A DNA stretch of 63,513 nt, filler included, from a bacterium (GCA_026985515.1; 8 parts of 8 records of this genome joined end to end with filler, not necessarily neighbours in it), one strand, 5' to 3'. Shown: positions 52,256 to 61,830, counted from the whole stretch's first letter. Notes: generated by a model from the sequence alone, not told the origin. Numbers and translations: made by a program.

Positions 52256-53002
52256 ATGGGGCTCATAACTGCACTGATCATTATTTTCTTCATTCTTCTC
52301 TCATCAATCAGAATTCTGAATGAGTATGAGAGAGGTGTCGTTTTCAGGCTGGGAAGAGTAATAGGAGCAAAGGGACCGGGACTCTTTCTTTTGATTCCAA
52401 TTGTTGATAAAATGGTTAAAGTAAGTCTGAGAACGGTGGTTATGGATGTGCCTCCTCAGGATGTAATTACGAAGGATAATGTTTCTGTCAAGGTGAACGC
52501 CGTTGTGTACTTCAGGGTGCTTGATCCGGTGAAATCTGTTATTGAAGTTGAGAATTACTTTGCCGCCACTTCACAGTTAGCCCAGACAACACTCAGGGCC
52601 ATCTGCGGAGAAGTGGAACTGGATGAGCTCCTGTCCCAGAGGGAAAAGATAAACGAACAGCTTCAGAGCATTCTGGATAAACACACAGACCCATGGGGAA
52701 TTAAGGTCAGTACAGTGGAAATAAAGCACATTGACCTCCCTGAGGAGATGCAGAGAGCAATGGCCCGTCAGGCAGAGGCAGAGAGGGAGAGAAGGGCAAA
52801 GATCATCGCCGCAGAAGGTGAATATCAGGCGGCACAGAGACTTGCAGAAGCCTCTGAGATAATGAGCAAAAATCCCATGACCATACAGTTGAGATACCTG
52901 CAGACTCTCTCCGAAATATCCACCGAGAATTCCTCCACCATAGTTTTTCCAATACCCCTGGAATTTCTTGAAGCACTGAGAAAGGGCAAGGAGGAGAGTT
53001 GA
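52256..53002 (+). CDS. Stomatin-like SPFH (slipin) protein
   Basis: [43 protein letters not shown]. Confidence 0.95.
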   Translation: MGLITALIIIFFILLSSIRILNEYERGVVFRLGRVIGAKGPGLFLLIPIVDKMVKVSLRTVVMDVPPQDVITKDNVSVKVNAVVYFRVLDPVKSVIEVENYFAATSQLAQTTLRAICGEVELDELLSQREKINEQLQSILDKHTDPWGIKVSTVEIKHIDLPEEMQRAMARQAEAERERRAKIIAAEGEYQAAQRLAEASEIMSKNPMTIQLRYLQTLSEISTENSSTIVFPIPLEFLEALRKGKEES

Positions 53003-53820
53003 AGAAGTTTATCTTTTATCTGCTGTTTGTAGCAATAATTGTACTGGCGGGTTACTGGATCTGGCTGGGGGTTCACACCATACCTGAGGACAAAACCGGG
53101 GTTGCCTTTCTTCTGGGAAAACCACACAGAGTTGAAATGCCTGGGAGACACTGGTTTTTTTACAAACCTGTGGGAAATATTCTGCTTCTGCCCGCCGGTA
53201 ATTTATTCCTGGGAGGAGAAAAATTTGTAATAACCCGCGAGGGAATGGCAATAAAGGTAAAACTTCTCCTTACTGCCACTCTTTACGATCCCCTAATCTT
53301 TGCGAGAAAAAATCACTCCCTTGAGACATTCAGGACCAAACTCACAAACTTACTTATTAAAAAAATTTCAACTTTACCACTGGAAGTGATACTTGAAAGA
53401 AAGGTCGCGGTATTAAACGCCGATGTGAGAAAATTTTTATCTGAAAATGGGATGACGCTGAAAAAATTCGATTTTAAACCTCTTCCTGACAGAGAAATAG
53501 AAAATTTAATTCAGAATCTGGAAAAAGAGAAAAGGGAAGAGAGAGAAAAGATCATCAGGGCAAAACTCTATGCAGAGAGATTAACTGAAGAGGCGCGTAT
53601 TTACGCCTCTATGGTAACAAGAGAAGCCTTTAATCTTTTCAGGGAAAAAGTTGACGAGATAAAAAGAATAAGGGAGAGGTACAGAGACCTTGAACCTGTT
53701 TACCTCTCCCATCCTGAAAGGATCAGGGAACTCTTGAAACTTCAAATACTGGAAGAGGCTGTAAAGAAGGCAAAGCGGATATACATTACGCCTGAGAAAA
53801 TGGAGCAATTTAAAAAATGA
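52999..53820 (+). CDS. Divergent SPFH protein (HflK-like)
   Basis: N-terminal TM, GK.....PG.H, IT.E, helical C-terminus with Y...PE; TTG start overlapping the upstream stop. Confidence 0.55.
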   Translation: MKKFIFYLLFVAIIVLAGYWIWLGVHTIPEDKTGVAFLLGKPHRVEMPGRHWFFYKPVGNILLLPAGNLFLGGEKFVITREGMAIKVKLLLTATLYDPLIFARKNHSLETFRTKLTNLLIKKISTLPLEVILERKVAVLNADVRKFLSENGMTLKKFDFKPLPDREIENLIQNLEKEKREEREKIIRAKLYAERLTEEARIYASMVTREAFNLFREKVDEIKRIRERYRDLEPVYLSHPERIRELLKLQILEEAVKKAKRIYITPEKMEQFKK

Positions 53821-54584
53821 AAAGGGTGGTAATCTTTCTCCTTGTTCTGGCTATTCTGGCTGGCATTGCCTATTTTTCAATGGGTATTGTTCTGCCAGGA
53901 TACTTGATAGTAATTGAAAAGAGAGATGGAAGGATTCTAACATTTGACAGGCCAGGAATATACCTGAATATTCCCTTTATAGAAAGACACAGAGTTTACA
54001 GAAGGAAACTCAATCCTCTGAAAGTGGGAACTTCTCTCCAGCATAAAGGAAACAACTACAAAATCAACCTCCTGCTACTACCTGAGGTAAATGAGCCTTC
54101 AAAAATTTTCCCTGAGAAAAAAAACATTCTTCTCAAAAAGGTCATACTTTTTTACAGAAAAGGATTCTCCCTTCCTGTTACATTCTTCATAAAAAATCCT
54201 CCCGTCCCAAAGATTCCGGGGTTAAGTTTCAGGGTCTTTATCAGGGGAATAATTCCCGATGCCGTCACCATGAAAAAACAAAAGGCTGAAATTACCTCCA
54301 TGATAAAAGAGCTCCTTGAAAGTGAGAAAGAATCAGCTGCTGCAGAGGTAAAAAAAATTATGAAAGAAGCTGATGAAGAGAGAAAGAGTATTATTTCAAG
54401 GGCTGAAAATGAAAAAAAGAATCTGATTCAGTCTGCCATTTCTCTGGAGGGAAACGAGGTGGCAAATGTGAAGGCGCCTGAACTCTGGTTCCTGCTGAAA
54501 AAACTTGAGATTTATTCATCCCTCGGGACAGATGTAACCCTTTATTTAAAACTCCCGCAGGAAACCCTGAAAGGAGGTAGGTAA
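53817..54584 (+). CDS. Divergent SPFH protein (HflC-like)
   Basis: N-terminal TM, PGIYLNIPFIE, A..I..EAD.ER..I...A coiled region, PEL....K.LE.Y..L. Confidence 0.55.
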   Translation: MKRVVIFLLVLAILAGIAYFSMGIVLPGYLIVIEKRDGRILTFDRPGIYLNIPFIERHRVYRRKLNPLKVGTSLQHKGNNYKINLLLLPEVNEPSKIFPEKKNILLKKVILFYRKGFSLPVTFFIKNPPVPKIPGLSFRVFIRGIIPDAVTMKKQKAEITSMIKELLESEKESAAAEVKKIMKEADEERKSIISRAENEKKNLIQSAISLEGNEVANVKAPELWFLLKKLEIYSSLGTDVTLYLKLPQETLKGGR

Positions 54585-54585
54585 A

Positions 54586-54996
54586 CTGTTAAGGGTTAAT
54601 CTCATCTTCTGGGGAATTGTCCTTTTTACAATCAGTTTTATACTCTACTACAACTCAAGAACACCTTTTGAGAATTACACAAGCACACAACTTCAGATTA
54701 TGAAGCATGGAATTGACAGGGAAAAGAAACTTCTCCAGAGCAAAAAAGAGGAAGCAGAGAAGGAGTTTTCTGAAAAAATAAAACAACTGGCTGAGAAAAG
54801 GAAGGAAACCCTCCTTGCTGAGCCACCGGAACTTCAGAGAGTAAAAATCAAGCTCAAAGAACTTTCCCACGACAAAAAAGAAATTGAAAAAGAGATTCAA
54901 ATCAGGGAGAACAATTCAAGAACGCTCTTTGCAATTGGGATGATTCTGGGAGCACTCATATTTCTTGGAGGGGTGGCATTGGTTATATTCAAATGA
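54586..54996 (+). CDS. TM-coiled coil-TM protein with probable CTG start
   Basis: The frame extends 38 codons upstream of ATG 54700 through a TM helix to CTG 54586, 7 nt after SD AAGGAGGT. Confidence 0.65.
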   Translation: MLRVNLIFWGIVLFTISFILYYNSRTPFENYTSTQLQIMKHGIDREKKLLQSKKEEAEKEFSEKIKQLAEKRKETLLAEPPELQRVKIKLKELSHDKKEIEKEIQIRENNSRTLFAIGMILGALIFLGGVALVIFK

Positions 54997-56774
54997 ACAG
55001 ACTTTTAAAGATTGCTGCGAGAGAATTTTCTATTAAAAGCATAAGTAAATGGTTCCTGATAGCCTTTGTGGTGGGAATTCTTACCGGTGTTACGGCAATC
55101 ATTTTCAATCTCATGCTAATATACTTTGAAAAATTCTTTCTGGTAAACTTCACTGGACTGATACAGCCACTTCCCCATGGTGAGAAGGGAGAGATTCTCA
55201 CTGTTTCAGCGGGTAACCCTCTTTTAAGATTGTTTGTACCTGCCTTTGGAGGACTGGTTGTTGGTTACATAATCTACAAATTTGCTCCAGAGACGGCTGG
55301 ACACGGGACAGATGCAGTTATTGAGTCATACCACAGGAGAAGGGGAATCATAAGACCCATTGTACCCATAATAAAAATGATAGCATCAGCCTTTACCCTG
55401 GGCACAGGGGGTTCAGGTGGAAGAGAGGGGCCAATTGCACAGACTGGAGGGGGGATTGGTTCCATTTTAGCAAAATTCCTCAACTTAAATGAAAAGGAGA
55501 AAAGAATAACTGTACTTTCAGGTGTGGGCGGTGGTATTGGTTCAATATTCAGGGCACCCCTGGGGGGAGCACTTTTTTCGGCAGAGGTTCTCTACAGACA
55601 GGCAGATTTTGAGGGTGAGGCGGTTATGCCCTCCATAATTTCAGCAATTACTGCATATTCAGTTTTCGGATTCTTTGCTTCATGGCATCCCATTTTTACA
55701 ACTCCTCCTTACAGTTTTAATGTGAAGGAACTCGGATTTTTTGCCATTCTGGGAATACTTATGGTCCCTTTTTCCTACATATATGTGAAGGTCTTCTATG
55801 CGACAAAACACTACTTTGACATATTGAAGATAAAACCATACTTCAAACCGATGTTAGGGGGACTTCTTACAGGTCTCATCCTTCTCTTTGTACCACATGT
55901 TGCAGGTACAAGCTATGGATGGATGCAACTGGCACTTCTGGGTGAATTATCTGTGTGGATGATGTTACTCATCGCCCTTGCAAAAATATTTGCCACTGCG
56001 TTCACCATCGGGTCAGGGGGTTCCGGTGGAGTCTTTGCACCTTCCCTTGTAATCGGTGGGATGATAGGTGGAGCCGTGGGGACAATTTTAAATCACTTCT
56101 TCCCAGCCATTGTCACCGATCCATCTCCATACATGATGGTGGGCATGGGAAGTTTCTTTGCAGCAGCTGCAAAGGTACCTCTTGCCACAATAGTGATGGT
56201 TGCAGAGATGACGGGAAATTATGATATGCTGGTCCCCGTAACCCTGGCTTCATCTCTTGCCTTTCTTCTTTCGGGGAAGTGGAGCATATATGAACATCAG
56301 GTGGACTCAAAACTTGATTCACCCGCCCACAGGGGAGATTTTGTGGTTGATGTTCTTGAAAGTATAAAAGTACGGGATGTTAAAACTTTTGATGAAGAGG
56401 TTCCATATGTAACTGAAGATATGGACCTTCTGACTGCTCTGAGACAGGTCTCCACCACTCCATATAACATTATCCCCGTAATCAACAGAGAAAACAAACT
56501 GGTGGGAATCCTCAACATGGATGATGTGAGGGGAATAATTTACGATGGGGATCTTGAAGTTGTAGGAAAACTCACCATTGTAAAGGATGTGGAGAGAACA
56601 ACCTTCCCATTGGTAAAACCATCAGATACACTGCAAAGGGCCCTTGATCTCTTCATTCAGTCAGGCTTTGATGAACTTCCCGTTACCGATGAGTCAAAAA
56701 AGTGCCTGGGAATTCTTTCAAGGAAAGAACTCCTTCAGGCATACAACAGGAGCTTTCTTGAGAAAGTCCCATAA
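54993..56774 (+). CDS. ClC family chloride channel/transporter with CBS pair
   Basis: GHGTD, GREGP, FRAPLGG, GVFAPS, IY; C-terminal CBS domains. Confidence 0.95.
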   Translation: MNRLLKIAAREFSIKSISKWFLIAFVVGILTGVTAIIFNLMLIYFEKFFLVNFTGLIQPLPHGEKGEILTVSAGNPLLRLFVPAFGGLVVGYIIYKFAPETAGHGTDAVIESYHRRRGIIRPIVPIIKMIASAFTLGTGGSGGREGPIAQTGGGIGSILAKFLNLNEKEKRITVLSGVGGGIGSIFRAPLGGALFSAEVLYRQADFEGEAVMPSIISAITAYSVFGFFASWHPIFTTPPYSFNVKELGFFAILGILMVPFSYIYVKVFYATKHYFDILKIKPYFKPMLGGLLTGLILLFVPHVAGTSYGWMQLALLGELSVWMMLLIALAKIFATAFTIGSGGSGGVFAPSLVIGGMIGGAVGTILNHFFPAIVTDPSPYMMVGMGSFFAAAAKVPLATIVMVAEMTGNYDMLVPVTLASSLAFLLSGKWSIYEHQVDSKLDSPAHRGDFVVDVLESIKVRDVKTFDEEVPYVTEDMDLLTALRQVSTTPYNIIPVINRENKLVGILNMDDVRGIIYDGDLEVVGKLTIVKDVERTTFPLVKPSDTLQRALDLFIQSGFDELPVTDESKKCLGILSRKELLQAYNRSFLEKVP

Positions 56775-56872
56775 ATTCGTGAAGACCCGGCAGGAGTTAC
56801 AATTTGCTTCTTTTCAGAGGAGATCAACAAATTACCTTCCTGACCATTTGAGGAGATTTCTGAAGAAGCACC

Positions 56873-57871
56873 TCAAAACAGGTGGGAAAATTCCACAGTC
56901 GTGACAACGCCTCTTTTATCCTTCTCCGCCATACCAAAGCCAATGAGAAGATTCACTATCAGCTCTCTGGTGGAATAGCTGTAACCCACCGAGAGAAAGT
57001 TATTGGCACTTTCAAGATCAGGGTAACTGCTCAATCTGTACTGCATTGCGACTCCGCTTCCATAGCCTCCCCCGAGAGCCACTCTTCCATCCACTCCAAG
57101 CTCATACAACTCTGCTCTACTCAGTATTCTCAGAGTTCCTTTAAAAAAGGTTTTGAAAGGTGAGCCGTAACGCATTAACAAATTAAATCCATATGCATTT
57201 ACGTTGTTCACAACCCCAATAATTGGACCGATCAGCAGGGAAAAATTCTCCCGGTCAAGTCCCACAAAAATGGAAACATACCATGTGGCATAATAACATG
57301 AACTCCCGCTACAAACGGCAAGTTCTTCCGGGGCAGAGGAGGTAAACTCATTAAAGTAATACCCTGTCTCTGCAACCAATCCAAAATGGGAAACCACATT
57401 CATCACCTCAAGGGATGCTCCACCCCCTGTGAAATTTATCTCTGGACTGAACCAGGATATATTTCCTCTTAAATTGTAAAGAGTTTTTACAACTGGCTTC
57501 ACCTCCACCTTTTCAATGGCAAGGTCCAGTTTTCTCCCTCTAAGGAGTAAAAAATATTCACCCTTTTTAAACTCACCAGTTACAGATTCGGGAAAACTTA
57601 AAATTCCTCCCCTATCATAGGTGGAATAGAGAACACATTTCCCCGCAGGTACAACATCATTTATACTCTTAGGGGCCGGTCCATGAGGAAGTTTTAAAAT
57701 TCTGTACCTGTGACCCGCTTTGAGAAAGGCCACATCTGGGCCGGAAAAGTAGAGAAACTTTCCCTCAATCTTCTCAACCAGGAAAGGTCCGTAGCTTTTG
57801 CCAAAAAGGGGAACTGAAAGGAAAATCACTGAAAACAAAATTGCTTTCACGTACCTCATCTCCAACCTCAC
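56873..57871 (-). CDS. Exported hypothetical protein, possible outer-membrane beta-barrel C-terminus
   Basis: Signal peptide from ATG 57859, alternating beta pattern, terminal Phe. Confidence 0.55.
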   Translation of the reverse strand: MRLEMRYVKAILFSVIFLSVPLFGKSYGPFLVEKIEGKFLYFSGPDVAFLKAGHRYRILKLPHGPAPKSINDVVPAGKCVLYSTYDRGGILSFPESVTGEFKKGEYFLLLRGRKLDLAIEKVEVKPVVKTLYNLRGNISWFSPEINFTGGGASLEVMNVVSHFGLVAETGYYFNEFTSSAPEELAVCSGSSCYYATWYVSIFVGLDRENFSLLIGPIIGVVNNVNAYGFNLLMRYGSPFKTFFKGTLRILSRAELYELGVDGRVALGGGYGSGVAMQYRLSSYPDLESANNFLSVGYSYSTRELIVNLLIGFGMAEKDKRGVVTTVEFSHLF

Positions 57872-58392
57872 CTCAAGCCAGTGTTTTTTCTGAACTCTTT
57901 AAGCGTTTCCCCCGGGTCAAAAGGGGGAGAAATTAATTTATCTCCGGGGAAGGGAGGCACTTCCATTTCCCTTGCAGAAAAGGAATAGTTCCACAATTTT
58001 CTTAGAAATTCAATTTTTCTCAAAGTCGCCTCTTCTGTTTTCTTACTTCCTTCAATGTAGTATTTAACGCCATTTTTCATATCCTCAAAACTGTACACTC
58101 CTCCAGGAAAGAGGTGATCCACCAGAACTTCTACAAGTCCCCTGAAAAATTCCTCTCCAACACACTCATTCTCACAGAGAACCTCCACGACTCCTCTCTT
58201 TCCATCTCTGTATATTGAAATCTTTCCCTCACCAATTTTTTCAAGTTCCCTGTTTATCTTCTCTTCAACTTCTCCCACAGTCAGTGTATCTGTCAACCCT
58301 TCTACCACACTTCTCCCGGCAATTGCCCCCAGTTCTCTGAGTATATTCCCCGGTACTTTTTCAATCAAAACTTCTTCAAAGCAGATCTTCAT
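57868..58392 (-). CDS. Hypothetical protein
   Basis: SD AAGGAG, 174-aa ORF coupled to the next gene. Confidence 0.65.
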   Translation of the reverse strand: MKICFEEVLIEKVPGNILRELGAIAGRSVVEGLTDTLTVGEVEEKINRELEKIGEGKISIYRDGKRGVVEVLCENECVGEEFFRGLVEVLVDHLFPGGVYSFEDMKNGVKYYIEGSKKTEEATLRKIEFLRKLWNYSFSAREMEVPPFPGDKLISPPFDPGETLKEFRKNTGLR

Positions 58393-58406
58393 GTATTCTC
58401 TCCTTT

Positions 58407-58506
58407 NNNNNNNNNNNNNNNNNNNNNNNNNNNNNNNNNNNNNNNNNNNNTTAATTAATTAANNNNNNNNNNNNNNNNNNNNNNNNNNNNNNNNNNNNNN
58501 NNNNNN
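58407..58506. other. Assembly spacer
   Basis: N44-TTAATTAATTAA-N44. Confidence 0.98.
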
Positions 58507-59117
58507 TCTCTGATGTTCTTTATGTGAACATCAATGGTTCTGTCTGAAACGAATTTGTTGTATCCCCATAATTCCTCAAGTAATTTTTCTCTACTGAAAA
58601 CCCATCCTCGTCTTCCTGCAAGTATGGAAAGTATCTTGAATTCCGTGGGAGTAAGATCAATTTTCCTGTCATCTACATAAACTTCATGTTTGTCAATATC
58701 AATTTTAACTTTCCCCAGTTCGATAATTTTAGATGTTTCCTGAGCTTGACTTCTTCTTAAGACAGCCTTTACCCTTGCCACCAGTTCTCTGGGAGAGAAT
58801 GGTTTTGTTATATAATCATCTGCACCTATTTCAAGCCCCACAACTTTGTCTGTTTCTTCTGCCTTTGCAGTTAACATTATTACAGGTATATTGGAGTATA
58901 TTTCCTGACTTTTCAAATACTTGCACAGATCCAGACCATCCATGTCTGGAAGCATTAGATCAAGGATAATGAGTGAAGGAATCTGCACTTTGAGATAATC
59001 GAGTAATTGATGTGCCTCTGAAAATTCCCTTGTATCGAATCCAGATTTTTTGAGATGCAGTGCAACAAGATTGAGAATATCAAGCTCATCATCAACGATG
59101 GCAATAATCCGCTTCAT
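58507..59117 (-). CDS. OmpR/PhoB family response regulator (truncated)
   Basis: VDDE, LDLMLP, GADDYITKPF, LTPTEF, RTIDVHI. Confidence 0.96.
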
Positions 59118-59125
59118 TAGTTAAT

Positions 59126-59154
59126 AATATACCTTTGTTGGAGAGAGGAGTCAA
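59126..59154 (-). promoter_or_regulatory. sigma70 promoter of the response regulator (near-leaderless)
   Basis: TTGACT-17 nt-TATATT, 8 nt before the ATG. Confidence 0.55.
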
Positions 59155-59261
59155 AGAGATTATAATTTATTTTTAGTAACCTGAATAAGAAGATTTTTTG
59201 AACTAATTCAGGATACGATGTTATAATCTAAAAAATTTAAAGGTTTCTGCTGGAAGTGGGC

Positions 59262-59693
59262 ATGAGCAGAATAATTGGGATGTTTGAGAAGATTATAATT
59301 GGAATCTTGCTAATTTTCATGATATTTGTGGTCCTTATATCTGTAGTTGAACTTCTGGTTATTGTTTATCAATATTTCGTAGCATCTTCGATACTTTTGC
59401 TGAATGTGAAGGAAATGTTATCTATTTTTGGGTTATTTTTGATCGTGCTAATAGGGCTGGAGCTGATGGAGAGTGTCAAGGCATATCTTGAAGAGGATAA
59501 TGTTCATGCAGAGATAGTTTTTTTGGTAGCAATAGTTGCTGTGACAAGAAAGATAATAATTCTTGATTACGAAAATGTAACCCCTGGCTTTCTTTTTGGT
59601 ATAGCTACAATCATTCTTGCTCTGAGTATGGGATATTATCTGGTAAGAAAGGGATTGGCAGTTAATAATACTTTTGAAAAATTTGATAAATAA
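59262..59693 (+). CDS. PsiE-like phosphate-starvation-inducible membrane protein
   Basis: 4 TM; LIGLEL, VAIVAVTRKIIILD. Confidence 0.85.
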   Translation: MSRIIGMFEKIIIGILLIFMIFVVLISVVELLVIVYQYFVASSILLLNVKEMLSIFGLFLIVLIGLELMESVKAYLEEDNVHAEIVFLVAIVAVTRKIIILDYENVTPGFLFGIATIILALSMGYYLVRKGLAVNNTFEKFDK

Positions 59694-59780
59694 GAAGTTA
59701 AACATATTCTGGTAATTTGGTCCCGGATATTTTGAATGTCTTTGCTATGGGTTTTAATTTTTTAGGTAAATATTCTATGC

Positions 59781-60026
59781 TCACTGGAACTTAGTTACTC
59801 TTTTTCTTGATTTCCATCTCTTAACTTCTTTTTCCCGTTTTCTTGCGAGCTGAATTGAAGAGAACTCTTCCTTGTAGATAAGGAACCATGGTCCTTTACC
59901 TCTGGTGTAATTGCTTGCACCGGAATTGTGCTGTTTAAGTCTATGTTCCAGATCGGTGGTTGATCCTATGTAGAGTCTATCAATTTTTGGAGAATAGATT
60001 ATGTACAAATAAGCCTTTTCTTTCAT
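59781..60026 (-). CDS. Stand-alone GIY-YIG nuclease
   Basis: YLYIIYS....LYIGST.DL..RL.QHN.G...YT....PW, A..RE..VK. Confidence 0.92.
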   Translation of the reverse strand: MKEKAYLYIIYSPKIDRLYIGSTTDLEHRLKQHNSGASNYTRGKGPWFLIYKEEFSSIQLARKREKEVKRWKSRKRVTKFQ

Positions 60027-60046
60027 CTATGAGCCAATTAATAAAA

Positions 60047-60122
60047 TGGCTCCCCGGGGAGGACTCGAACCTCCAACCTAGTGGTTAACAGCCACCCGCT
60101 CTGCCGATTGAGCTACCGGGGA
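60047..60122 (-). tRNA. tRNA-Asn(GTT)
   Basis: 76 nt TCCCCGG...GGTGG-CTGTTAA-CCACT...GTTCGAGTC...CCGGGGAGCCA. Confidence 0.97.
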
Positions 60123-60132
60123 ACTGAATCAT

Positions 60133-60160
60133 ATTTTACAAATTCATCTTGGTTTGTCAA
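60133..60160 (-). promoter_or_regulatory. sigma70 promoter of tRNA-Asn
   Basis: TTGACA-16 nt-TAAAAT, 10 nt before the tRNA. Confidence 0.7.
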
Positions 60161-60240
60161 ATGCGGTATCTTCTCTTTCCCCTTTTCCCTTCCTTCTGAT
60201 ATAATAATGGAAAATTGTTTCACTGGAGGGAAAAGGGGTG

Positions 60241-61815
60241 ATGGAATGGATTGTAAATGTAATGGGTAGAATGGGGGTGCCACATGGGTATGCACCGGTA
60301 CTGGCTTCCATTATCATTCTGATATTACTTGCTTTATCTGCGTACATCGGTTACAGAATAACATACTTTGTTCTGAAAAGAATCCTTTTCACCCTTTTTA
60401 TCAGAACAGAGAATGTTTATGACGATGTCCTTCTACAGAGGAGAGTTTTTGACAATCTTGCCCACATTGTCCCGGCGGTAATCATTATCTATGGTATAAA
60501 TCTGGCAGGATTAAGTAAGGGTCTGACTGATTTCATAATTTCTCTAACATACTCATACCTGATTTTTGAGCTTCTTATTGTTACTCTGCGTTTCCTTGAT
60601 GCACTCAATGATATGTACGAAATTTATGCTGAGAAAAAACAGCTGGAAGTCCATATAAAGCAGTACATTCAGGTCATCAAGGTGACCTTTGTTATAATCG
60701 CTCTGATACTTGTAATTTCAATTTTTCTCAAAAAGAGTCCCGCTTCCATTATTGCTGGCCTCGGTGCAATGACAGCTGTGGTTATGCTGATTTTCAAAGA
60801 TTCCATTCTCTCTCTGGTGGCGAGTATTCAGATATCAGCCTATGATCTTGTTAAAGTGGGGGACTGGATTACTATCCCCGGCAGAAATATTGATGGGGAT
60901 GTAATAGACATATCTCTCAACACCATCAAGGTAAAGAATTTTGATAACACCATCAGCACTGTTCCGACCTATGCTCTTGTTCAGGAGTCATTCAGGAACT
61001 GGAGAGGAATGGTCAGCAGTGGTGGCAGGAGGATAAAAAGGGCCATCTACATAGATATGAATACCATTCAGCTGTGTGATAGAGATATGATTGAAAAGTT
61101 TAAAAAGATTCACTACATCAGTGAGTATGTTACAAAGAAGCAGGAGGAGATTGATCGCTGGAACAGGGAGCACAATATCCAGGAACCAGTGAGGGTTAAT
61201 GGAAGAGCTCAGACAAATATTGGAATTTTCAGAAAGTATGTTGAGAATTACATCAGGTCCAATTTCAAAATTTACAGAAAATTTTACAAACATGTTTTCG
61301 AAATTGATGGAAGGAAATATGAGAAATTTGTTGTTGACGGTCCTGAAATGTTGAGGAAAAAATTTGGGGAAAGAATTGACAGATACCTGCAGGAAATTGA
61401 TGAAAAAACTGTAATAAAAAATGTGGAGGAATTTCTCAAAGATTTTGGGGATCACTTCATACTTGAGAACAACGCAATTTATGAGGTAAGGAAGGTGAAA
61501 AAGGTGAAGGTGGTGAAGGGAGCGGAGGTTGAGGTGGAAGAGGTTGAAAAGGTTGTTGAGAGGGAGGGGAGATTCAGGGATGATATGACCCTCTTAGTCA
61601 GACAGCTTGATCCCACTGAAAAGGGTCTTCCACTTGAAATTTATGTCTTCACTGCCACGACAGACTGGGTTGAGTATGAATCAATTCAGTCCGACCTTTT
61701 TGATCACATATTTGCAGTTCTTCCTGAGTTTGGCCTGAGAGTATTTCAGAGTCCCTCAAGTAACGACATCCGTGAATTCCTGGAAAAAGTTGTACAGGAG
61801 AAAAAATCTGAATAA
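60241..61815 (+). CDS. MscS family mechanosensitive channel (YbdG-like) with a large insertion
   Basis: FKDSIL.LVASIQ, VGDWI, F.NWRGM...GGRRIKR, TN.G.FR.Y, DMTLLVRQL.P...GLPLEIY.F, YE.IQSD.FDH. Confidence 0.93.
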   Translation: MEWIVNVMGRMGVPHGYAPVLASIIILILLALSAYIGYRITYFVLKRILFTLFIRTENVYDDVLLQRRVFDNLAHIVPAVIIIYGINLAGLSKGLTDFIISLTYSYLIFELLIVTLRFLDALNDMYEIYAEKKQLEVHIKQYIQVIKVTFVIIALILVISIFLKKSPASIIAGLGAMTAVVMLIFKDSILSLVASIQISAYDLVKVGDWITIPGRNIDGDVIDISLNTIKVKNFDNTISTVPTYALVQESFRNWRGMVSSGGRRIKRAIYIDMNTIQLCDRDMIEKFKKIHYISEYVTKKQEEIDRWNREHNIQEPVRVNGRAQTNIGIFRKYVENYIRSNFKIYRKFYKHVFEIDGRKYEKFVVDGPEMLRKKFGERIDRYLQEIDEKTVIKNVEEFLKDFGDHFILENNAIYEVRKVKKVKVVKGAEVEVEEVEKVVEREGRFRDDMTLLVRQLDPTEKGLPLEIYVFTATTDWVEYESIQSDLFDHIFAVLPEFGLRVFQSPSSNDIREFLEKVVQEKKSE

Positions 61816-61830
61816 TACACGGAGGATAAG

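Noticed and set aside
56805-56870. SRP RNA (GGTCAGGAAGG-like loop on the minus strand)
   Set aside because: Lacks the full domain IV pattern (CAGG..GNRA..AGCA in correct register); kept only as an unexplained hairpin.
61264-61566. Intein in the MscS gene
   Set aside because: No C-terminal His-Asn followed by Cys/Ser/Thr and no recognisable splicing blocks.
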